A DNA stretch of 53,946 nucleotides from NCBI GenBank assembly GCA_964505305.1, contig CAZDHE010000003.1, forward strand, positions 1 through 53,946. The letters are read 5' to 3'. The position numbers were made by a program, and so were the translations under genes. Within the stretch, counting starts at the first letter, position 1. Every line of letters begins with the position of its first letter. This document shows, piece after piece, positions 47,142-53,946 of this stretch. A model generated the notes under the pieces. That model made no database searches. It saw only the letters and a program-made list of their open reading frames with translations, and had not been told where the DNA came from. This DNA is from an uncultured Bdellovibrionales bacterium. Its GTDB lineage: Bacteria; Patescibacteriota; Minisyncoccia; Moranbacterales; DUUL01.

Positions 47142-47330
47142 ATGACAAATGACTAAGCTCGAATGTCAAATCAATGTCAAATGACAAACTCGTCCAAATG
47201 TCAAATCAAAGAAGCAAGAAGTAAGTATTAAGGGGGGCAAGGGATTGAAAATTCAAAACTCAAAGGTCAAAAGTCAAAATGACAGAACAAAATGCAAAAT
47301 GAATTAAACTGAAATTCAAAGATCAATTAA
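47142..47330 (+). repeat. Left heptamer-repeat arm of the four-helix-bundle cassette
   Basis: ATGACAA/ATGTCAA, GAAGCAA/GAAGTAA, AAAATTC/AAAACTC/AAAGGTC/AAAAGTC 7-mers. Confidence 0.8.
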
Positions 47331-47342
47331 AATAATAAAGAA

Positions 47343-47729
47343 GTGCAAATGCCGGCAGACAATGAAAAAGAAAAATTTAAAAAAGAGTTCACTCAAAGAC
47401 TGATCAAATTTTCCCTAAAAATCATTAAATTTTGTGAAGAACTAAAAAAAGATAAAGTATTTTGGAGTATCACAGATCAGCTAATCCGATCTTCCACTTC
47501 AATTGGAGCTAATGTGACAGAGGCTAAATCCTCAGGATCCAAAAAAGATTACATCCACTATTTTCAAATCTCCCTTAAATCAGCTAATGAAACCAAATAC
47601 TGGTTATGCCTCATCAAAGAATCATATCCAAAACACCGAGAAAAAGCCAACAAACTATTAAAAGAAACCATAGAAATAGCTAATATTTTGGGTACAAGTA
47701 TTTTAACGCTAAAAGGCAAGAAAAAATAA
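47343..47729 (+). CDS. Four-helix-bundle protein (23S rRNA IVP / bAvd-like family)
   Basis: QLIRSSTSIGANVTEA, ISLKSANETKYWL signatures. Confidence 0.92.
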   Translation: MQMPADNEKEKFKKEFTQRLIKFSLKIIKFCEELKKDKVFWSITDQLIRSSTSIGANVTEAKSSGSKKDYIHYFQISLKSANETKYWLCLIKESYPKHREKANKLLKETIEIANILGTSILTLKGKKK

Positions 47730-47910
47730 TTTTTAATTTTTAATTGCCATTTTGATTTTTGATTTTTGATTTTTGAATTTTTAATCCCTTACTTCTTCCT
47801 TCTTGATTCTTACTTCTATTTTAAGCTTTGAGTTATAGTTTTGACTTTTGACTTTTGACTTTTGAATTCTCAAACCCTTGCCCCCTCAATACTTACTTCT
47901 TGCCCCTCAA
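47730..47910 (+). repeat. Right heptamer-repeat arm, inverted relative to the left arm
   Basis: TTTGATT x3, TTTGACT x3, CCCTTGCCCCCTCAATACTTACTTCTTGC (reverse complement of 47215-47243). Confidence 0.8.
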
Positions 47911-47981
47911 TCCTGCTTGGTATTTCAAATTATTGCTTTTTCTTTTAATTTTAGATATAGTATGAGAGAAATTTGAGAAAT

Positions 47982-48052
47982 GGTCGCGTGGCCGAGTGGT
48001 TAGGCAAGGGTCTGCAAAACCCTGTACCCCGGTTCAATTCCGGGCGCGACCT
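47982..48052 (+). tRNA. tRNA-Cys(GCA)
   Basis: GGTCGCGTGGCCGAGTGG, AGGGT CTGCAAA ACCCT, GGTTCAATTCC. Confidence 0.94.
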
Positions 48053-48136
48053 CCGGCTTGTTTTCCGGTTGTTTAGTTTTCCGGTTTGCCGGTGTTTCAA
48101 ATCTATGGAAAGACCAAATAACTAAACAGCTAAATT

Positions 48137-48221
48137 GCCCGGGTGGTGGAATTGGTAGACACGAGGGACTTAAAATCCCTTGGGATTAAATCCTGTGCGG
48201 GTTCGATTCCCGCCCCGGGCA
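48137..48221 (+). tRNA. tRNA-Leu(TAA)
   Basis: GCCCGGGTGGTGGAATTGGTAGAC, AGGGA CTTAAAA TCCCT, long variable arm. Confidence 0.94.
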
Positions 48222-48346
48222 CTGAACTTTAAAACTAAAAACTTTCTTGAAGCCTCTGATTTTACAAAAAGTATGTTTTGATTTATGCTGTAAGAAAGTT
48301 GTTTTTGTAGTTGTTTAAAATAAGCCAAATTTAATAAGAAACTGAA

Positions 48347-49441
48347 ATGTCCGGTTTTATACAAAAAAAAGTCCAATCTTACACATTGGGAGAACGATTG
48401 AAAAAAATTAGAGAAAACGCGGGGGTTTCCTTGGCGGAGGTTTCCAATTTTACCAAGGTAAAACAAGAGCATCTTCAAAAAATTGAAGAAGGAGATTTTG
48501 ACAGCCTTCCTCCCGATGTTTATATCCGAGGATTTATCAGAAGTTATGCCAATTATCTCGGGCTGGATCCCAAGGAAGTTCTTAAGTATTACGACAGAGA
48601 GATAGGCGTTTGGAATAATATTAAGAAAAAACAAAAACCCTTAGCGGAGAACAAGAGTTTCCCGGACAAGTTTTTAGGATTATTTAGCGGTATTGTTATA
48701 ACACCCAAGCTTTTTACTTTTCTTTTCTTCTTTTTGGGTATAGCCGGGCTTTTTTCTTACTTTTATTTTGAAATAGAAAAGTTTTCCGAAAATCCCAGAC
48801 TGGTTTTGTTTCAGCCTATTAATGAAGAGTCGGTCAATAAAAGCTCTCTGGAGATAGCCGGGGTTACGGAAAGCGAGAACAAGATTAGAATTAACGGGCA
48901 GCCGGTTCAGGTTAACGAAAAAGGGGAGTTTAAAGAAACTTTGGGTTTGCGAAAAGGCATTAATGAGATTGTTGTGGAGGCTGAGAATAAAGTGGGCAGA
49001 GTCAGCAAGAAAAATTTAAACATTTCGGCCGATTTTGAATTAGCTTCCGTTAAAGGATCTCAAAATGAAAGAAAGCAATCAGAAGAAGAGACGGGCGAGT
49101 TTGAGTTTTCTGTTGAAGCTAAGGATGACCCGGTGTGGATTTTGGTGGAAGTGGATGGAAAGAAAAAACAAAATGGAACCATGCTGCCGGACTCTGTGCA
49201 AACATTTAAAGTGAGCGATCAAGTACGGCTAACCTCGGGCAAGGCCAACAAAACTTTTATTCAGATAAACGAAAAAGAGAAGCAGAAACTGGCTGAACAT
49301 CCGGGAGTGGAGAGGGGTGTTGTATTTGACAAAGAAGGAAAAGTGAAAGAAAATGCAGAGGATGATGAAAAGCATTTGTCCGAAGAGGATTCTGAAGAAA
49401 AAAAGAAAGAAGACAAAGAAGACAAGGGGGAGGAAGGTTGA
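48347..49441 (+). CDS. RodZ-like protein (HTH, TM helix, extracellular beta domains)
   Basis: LGERLKKIRE...IEEGDF...YIRGFIRSYANYLGLD, TM helix, VWILVEVDG C-terminal domain. Confidence 0.8.
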   Translation: MSGFIQKKVQSYTLGERLKKIRENAGVSLAEVSNFTKVKQEHLQKIEEGDFDSLPPDVYIRGFIRSYANYLGLDPKEVLKYYDREIGVWNNIKKKQKPLAENKSFPDKFLGLFSGIVITPKLFTFLFFFLGIAGLFSYFYFEIEKFSENPRLVLFQPINEESVNKSSLEIAGVTESENKIRINGQPVQVNEKGEFKETLGLRKGINEIVVEAENKVGRVSKKNLNISADFELASVKGSQNERKQSEEETGEFEFSVEAKDDPVWILVEVDGKKKQNGTMLPDSVQTFKVSDQVRLTSGKANKTFIQINEKEKQKLAEHPGVERGVVFDKEGKVKENAEDDEKHLSEEDSEEKKKEDKEDKGEEG

Positions 49442-49588
49442 CCCAAAGGACTTATTTGCTTTTAGTGTTAAAAATACTTTCTTAGATATTAATAGAATCG
49501 AATTATTATGATTTTGGATTTAGCGGTTGACTGTTCAAGATTTTAAAGAATTTAGGGAGGGAATTAAAAATTAAATTTACTTACAACT

Positions 49589-50620
49589 ATGGCTAAAAAG
49601 AAAGGCGCTCAAAAAGATTCTCCGGAAAAAAAGAGCAAAAAAAATTCGGAAGAAGTTATTGATGAAATTAAGACAAAATTTGGAGAAGGTTCCATTATGA
49701 AAATGGGGGAAATAAAAAAAGTGGATGTAGCTTCCATTTCCACCGGTTCTCCCTCTTTGGATTTGGCTTTGGGAATTGGAGGACTTCCCAGGGGTAGAGT
49801 GGTTGAAATTTATGGTCCCGAATCTTCGGGAAAAACCACTTTGGCTTTGCACGTGGCCTCTAATGCTCAGCAAGACGGGGGATCGGTGGCTTTTGTGGAT
49901 GCCGAACACGCCCTTGATCCGGCTTATGCCAAGAGAATCGGGGTGAATACCGAGGAATTGCTAATTTCTCAGCCGGATGCCGGGGAGCAGGCTTTGGATA
50001 TTGTGGAAACTTTGGTTCGATCTAACTCGGTGGATGTTATTGTGGTTGATTCCGTGGCGGCTTTAACTCCCAGGGCTGAGATTGAAGGCGAGATGGGGGA
50101 TTCTCATATGGGATTGCAAGCCAGGCTTATGTCTCAGGCTTTGCGTAAATTAACCAGCATTGTCTCCAAAACCAATGTAGTGGTGATATTTATCAATCAA
50201 ATCAGAATGAAAATCGGAGTAATGTTCGGTAACCCGGAAACCACTACCGGAGGAAATGCTTTAAAATTTTACTCCTCGGTTCGAATAGAAGTTAGAAGAG
50301 CCGCTCAAATAAAACAAGGAGAGCAAATTATCGGTAACAGAGTCAAGGTAAAGGTAGTGAAAAATAAGGTGGCTCCCCCCTTTCAAACGGCTGAGTTCGA
50401 TATTATGTACAACAAAGGAATTTCCAAAGAGGGAGATGTGGTTGATCTGGGAGAGAAATTCGGGGTTATCTCCAAAACCGGCGCTTGGTATAGCTACAAT
50501 GGAGAAAAAATAGGCCAGGGAAGAGAGGCGGTTAAAAAGTTTTTGCAAGAAAATCCGGATCAATATGATAAAATTTTAGCGGAAGTAAATAAGAAAGCTC
50601 AAGAAGAAAATGACTGGTAA
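49589..50620 (+). CDS. recA: Recombinase RecA
   Basis: [31 protein letters not shown]. Confidence 0.99.
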   Translation: MAKKKGAQKDSPEKKSKKNSEEVIDEIKTKFGEGSIMKMGEIKKVDVASISTGSPSLDLALGIGGLPRGRVVEIYGPESSGKTTLALHVASNAQQDGGSVAFVDAEHALDPAYAKRIGVNTEELLISQPDAGEQALDIVETLVRSNSVDVIVVDSVAALTPRAEIEGEMGDSHMGLQARLMSQALRKLTSIVSKTNVVVIFINQIRMKIGVMFGNPETTTGGNALKFYSSVRIEVRRAAQIKQGEQIIGNRVKVKVVKNKVAPPFQTAEFDIMYNKGISKEGDVVDLGEKFGVISKTGAWYSYNGEKIGQGREAVKKFLQENPDQYDKILAEVNKKAQEENDW

Positions 50621-51569
50621 ACTTTTTAAAAAGACTTGGTTTCAAGTCGTCGTTATTATTTTTGCCGGAATTTCCATTCCCGGTTATGTTTTGTGGAAAA
50701 ATATCTTTCCGGATTTTAGTTATTATTTAAACGAGGACACTCAATTTGGGGTGAAGATTTTTTCCAAAGAAGTCGGCGGTAAAAATTTTTTGGTTTTGCC
50801 GGAGTTGGAAAATTACCATTTTGACAAAATAGTTCTTGATATTGATAAAATTAAAACTTCCGGCGACAAAAAAAGAGAAGTGGAGATAGATCTCTATAAG
50901 GGTTATCAAGCTCTTTATTTTAAAGAGGGAGAGTCTGTAAACTCGAAGGAGGATCTTCTTAAACTAATAAATTCGCAAAAAGAGATAAACTTTCCTAATG
51001 GAGGCTTGTTTGCATACAATGATTCGGTAAATGTTTATTCCAAGGGATTTTATTACCCGGTTTTTTCTGAAGAAGTTTTCAAGAAGATAGGTTACAACTG
51101 GGAAGATGTGGTGGAGAAGGGAGGCGATTTTGCGGGAAAAATTCAAGAAGCCGACAGATTGCATTACGGAAACGCCCACCCGGATGGAACCATTTTAATG
51201 ATAGCAGGAGATCATTATTTAATTTGGGAAGAAGAAAAGAGGAAGCTGGATTTTGACGGGGCGGCAGAGACTTTAAAGGAAGAGAATTGTACAATCGTGA
51301 AAGCAAGTAAAGGCAATGCTGAAGCCATAAGTTCTTGCCGGCAAGAAAGCAAAAAATCCGGAGTCGAATGTGAATTTAAGAGAGAAAACCTTCATTCCGG
51401 TTTGGATTATGTTTTTGATTTAAATGACTTGCAAGCGAGCTCTGTTCAAGAGGCGGAAGTTGTTTTAAGCTCTACTCCTTCATGGGAGGCGCTTAGTCGA
51501 AACTCAAAGATTCTTTACCGGAAAATCAAGCAGGAATTATCGGAAAAATATAAGGGGTATTTGTTTTAA
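50610..51569 (+). CDS. Hypothetical membrane-anchored protein
   Basis: 319 aa, overlaps the recA stop, N-terminal TM helix, FPNG/HPDG repeats. Confidence 0.75.
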   Translation: MTGKLFKKTWFQVVVIIFAGISIPGYVLWKNIFPDFSYYLNEDTQFGVKIFSKEVGGKNFLVLPELENYHFDKIVLDIDKIKTSGDKKREVEIDLYKGYQALYFKEGESVNSKEDLLKLINSQKEINFPNGGLFAYNDSVNVYSKGFYYPVFSEEVFKKIGYNWEDVVEKGGDFAGKIQEADRLHYGNAHPDGTILMIAGDHYLIWEEEKRKLDFDGAAETLKEENCTIVKASKGNAEAISSCRQESKKSGVECEFKRENLHSGLDYVFDLNDLQASSVQEAEVVLSSTPSWEALSRNSKILYRKIKQELSEKYKGYLF

Positions 51570-51574
51570 TTAAT

Positions 51575-51997
51575 TTGTTTTTTATGAATGATTTTTTGCT
51601 ACGATCAAAAAATAACATAGAGGAAACGCTGGAGGCAAATTACAAATTTTTTTTATGGTTATTGCTTGTTTTGAGCTTTAACTATTTGGCTTTGTTTGTG
51701 GTGGAAACAGTTTTACCCGGTTTTGTGATGAATTTTTTTAATCTGAATTTTTTGCTTTTGTTTATATTGGCCGGTTGGATGTTTTTGGCTATTTTCACCA
51801 AAGATGAAAAAAAAGCGGATCTGGGAGGCAGGATTAGCGCTATTTTGTTGATGTCCTTTTTGGGATTACTGGGCTTGGGACTTCTTTTCTCTCTCTATAA
51901 GGCTGATTTTTTGGAAATGGCTGTTTATTTTGTTTTAGCGGCCTTGGCCGGAAAGTTGATTTTTGATCACTGGAAAGAAAAAGAAACAAAGGCCTAA
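51575..51997 (+). CDS. Hypothetical membrane protein (about 4 TM helices)
   Basis: Hydrophobic ORF in tight operon spacing. Confidence 0.7.
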   Translation: MFFMNDFLLRSKNNIEETLEANYKFFLWLLLVLSFNYLALFVVETVLPGFVMNFFNLNFLLLFILAGWMFLAIFTKDEKKADLGGRISAILLMSFLGLLGLGLLFSLYKADFLEMAVYFVLAALAGKLIFDHWKEKETKA

Positions 51998-52109
51998 AAT
52001 AAAGAAGGCAAGAGCGGGAAGGCTTGAAAATAACCCGCAATTAACAATTTTTTATCTCGAGTATTCGAGATTTTTTGTTTATCGCTTCGATGTAAAATCA
52101 AATTTAAAA

Positions 52110-52180
52110 GGACTGTTTCCAAATATCATTTCTGCTTTAAATTTCATCTTTTTTGCTAAATTTCTCAAAATTTTTTGCCT
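52110..52180. mobile_element. Left part of the ~160 bp MITE
   Basis: GGACTGTTTCCAAATATCATT...TTTTTGCTAAATTTCTCAAAATTTTTTGCCT colinear with 35867-35939. Confidence 0.65.
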
Positions 52181-52298
52181 CATCAAAGAATCATATCCAA
52201 AACACTGAGAAAAAGCCAACAAACTATTAAAAGAAACTATAGAAATAGCTAATATTTTAGGTACAAGTATTTTAACGCTAAAAGGCAAGAAAAAATAA
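52176..52298 (+). pseudogene. 3' fragment copy of the four-helix-bundle gene
   Basis: 123 bp matching 47607-47729 with 3 mismatches, one of them CGA->TGA. Confidence 0.88.
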
Positions 52299-52394
52299 TT
52301 TTATGTACAGAAACTTCAAAATACCCATATCCTGCTAATTTTACGCGAATTACTATACAGATTTACGCGGACACTGAATATGCGAAGTTTAATT

Positions 52395-52600
52395 TTAGAT
52401 TTTTAATTGTCATTTTGACCCGAGTGGAACAATCTTGCTTCGCAAGAGTTCCACCGGGTTGATTTTTAATTTTTGACATTTTAGTTTCTCTCCCTTTGCT
52501 TCTATTTTAAGCTTTGAGTTATGGCTTTGACTTTTGAATTTTGAATTTTGAATTTCTTTCCCCTTGCCCCTTGCTTCTTGCTTCTTGCCCCTTGTCTTCT
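52395..52600 (+). repeat. Right heptamer arm with nested family C palindrome
   Basis: CTTCTATTTTAAGCTTTGAGTTAT shared with ~47813-47836; TTTGAAT, CCCCTTG and CTTCTTG repeats. Confidence 0.75.
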
Positions 52601-52729
52601 ATAGAGATGCTTTTATTTACTATAGGCCTTTATTGGGTTGACGTTTTTTGTTATTTTGTTAATATGATTGATAAGCGAGGGAGTTGCTGCGGCAGCTTAC
52701 TCGATAGAACTTTTAAAGAATAATTTTTA

Positions 52730-53473
52730 ATGAACCTAGAAAGGCAGGTGAAAATGATGGAACAGCAAGATTTTGACAGCCAGGAAGATCTTGGCACAGG
52801 AGGGAAAGTTAAAAATTGGATTCAGGACAACATCCGAATTATTATCTCTGTCTTGATTGTGGTGGCTATCGCCGGAGGAATTTATTCTTACTCCAACCGA
52901 GGGCAGGCTCCTTCGGAAGAAGAGCTGGCCTTGGAGGAAGAGTTTAATATGGAAAATCAAGAAGAAGGCTCTTCGGAGGAGGATAGCCAAGAAGAAAATG
53001 CTCCAGTTGAACAGGAGGGCGCTGAACAGCAAGAACAAGAAGCTCCGGAACAAGATCAAGAAGAGCAAGTAGATTCTGATTCGGAAGAGGTAAAGGTTGA
53101 CACTCAAGAAGACACTCAGGAGCAACAAGAAGCTCAGGAGGAGTCACAGCCGGCAACCGAAGCTGTTAGCGAGGAGACCGAAGACGCTTTTATAGAAACG
53201 GCTGCAGCCGGAGACAGTCAAACCACATTAGCCAGGAAAGCTTTGAAAAGTTATTTGGAGAAAAATCAAGACTCTGAATTAACTCCCGAGCATAAAATTT
53301 ACATTGAAGATTATCTAAGGAAAAATGTAGATCATTCCGGCGGGGTGAATATTGGAAGCCAGGTGACCTTCTCTAAGAATTTGATTAAAGACGCTATCGA
53401 AAAATCAAAGACTCTAAACGAAAATCAACTGAAAAACCTGGAGAAATATTCATCTATGGTTTCGAATCTGTAA
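52730..53473 (+). CDS. Hypothetical membrane-anchored acidic protein
   Basis: Single TM helix, long E/Q-rich disordered linker, globular-looking C-terminal domain (HKIYIEDYLRK). Confidence 0.8.
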   Translation: MNLERQVKMMEQQDFDSQEDLGTGGKVKNWIQDNIRIIISVLIVVAIAGGIYSYSNRGQAPSEEELALEEEFNMENQEEGSSEEDSQEENAPVEQEGAEQQEQEAPEQDQEEQVDSDSEEVKVDTQEDTQEQQEAQEESQPATEAVSEETEDAFIETAAAGDSQTTLARKALKSYLEKNQDSELTPEHKIYIEDYLRKNVDHSGGVNIGSQVTFSKNLIKDAIEKSKTLNENQLKNLEKYSSMVSNL

Positions 53474-53528
53474 CAGATTAGAGTAATTTGAAAATATTGG
53501 TCCAATAATTTGAAGTTCTTTACTTTTT

Positions 53529-53580
53529 TATAAAAACCGCAAGTACCCCCAACAATGTTTGGGGGTTTTGCGGTTTTTAT
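53529..53580. terminator. Putative intrinsic terminator
   Basis: TAAAAACCGCAA-G-TACCCCCAA...TTGGGGGT-TTTGCGGTTTTTA hairpin downstream of the ORF. Confidence 0.6.
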
Positions 53581-53744
53581 AAAGAGGGGTTGATTTATGG
53601 GTAAAAATAGGTTATAAAGATAAAAGGGCTTATTTCCAAGTCTTATCTCTATCTGCTTGCCGGCAGAAGGATTTGATAAATCGCCTTGAAGCGCAAAAGA
53701 CTCTTTAAGTTTTTTATAAAGAAAAAGAAGGCGCTCCTTTTTTA

Positions 53745-53906
53745 AGATCCCCTCCTTTCTTAAAGGAGGGTTAGGGAGGATTTTTTGCATAAAGTTCTGT
53801 AAATCTCCCTTAGTCCCTCTTTGAAAAAGAGGGAGATAGATAGAGAGGGATTTTAAAAGAGGGAGATGGAATAAGGGAGAAACCTGCAGTTCCCTCCTTT
53901 CTCAAA
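53745..53906. repeat. Cluster of short CCCTCCTTT-N-AAAGGAGGG palindromes
   Basis: CCCTCCTTTCTTAAAGGAGGG, CCCTCTTTGAAAAAGAGGG, CCCTCCTTTCTCAAAG. Confidence 0.6.
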
Positions 53907-53946
53907 GTCCCGCTATAACAATTTGTCAAGTCTTTGGTTCAAACAG

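Noticed and set aside
47343-47729. Diversity-generating retroelement (Avd-like gene; the 123 bp near-duplicate as TR/VR)
   Set aside because: No reverse transcriptase in the window; the three mismatches (C/T, C/T, G/A) do not show an adenine-specific pattern
48170-48634. 154 aa minus-strand ORF
   Set aside because: Antisense to tRNA-Leu and the rodZ-like gene
51963-52288. ORFs 51963..52208 and 52079..52288
   Set aside because: Chance frames across the palindrome, the MITE half and the pseudogene fragment
53425-53790. 121 aa minus-strand ORF
   Set aside because: Spans a terminator and palindromic repeats; no protein motif
1-53946. Alternative genetic code (TGA or TAG reassignment)
   Set aside because: Conserved genes terminate normally at TGA (scpA, recA, rarA) and TAG (rplK, secE, mraY); the comM TAG is an isolated case

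Overview
Chromosomal origin region of a low-GC bacterium whose gene content points to Patescibacteria/CPR, probably Parcubacteria (inference; no database search). Credible genes left of ~33.2 kb are on the minus strand and almost all to the right are on the plus strand, with the switch at dnaA. Left arm: partial tRNA-Trp, rplK-nusG-secE with no adjacent rplA, rarA, tRNA-Leu/Pro, two paralogous MFS transporters, mtaB, a kinase/receiver pair, galU, gatC, lspA, a DksA/TraR protein, a ~13.5 kb type IV secretion-like cluster (VirB4, PrgI/VirB3-like, VirB6-like, Ca-binding surface proteins), a UbiA-family fusion, dciA, dnaN and dnaA. Directly upstream of dnaA is a gene-free region with 14 perfect parS palindromes (TGTTTCACGTGAAACA) in 2.05 kb, separated by duplicated and shuffled spacer modules. 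Right arm: tRNAs, cca, dnaB, a double receiver protein, scpAB, D,D-carboxypeptidase, mraY, pcm, comM (premature TAG), a four-helix-bundle gene between inverted 7-bp-periodic arms, a rodZ-like gene and recA. Intergenic DNA is heavily colonised by nested repeats: heptamer-arm cassettes (intact, decayed and empty), three REP-like palindrome families and a ~160 bp MITE. Coordinates and mismatch counts were read by eye.
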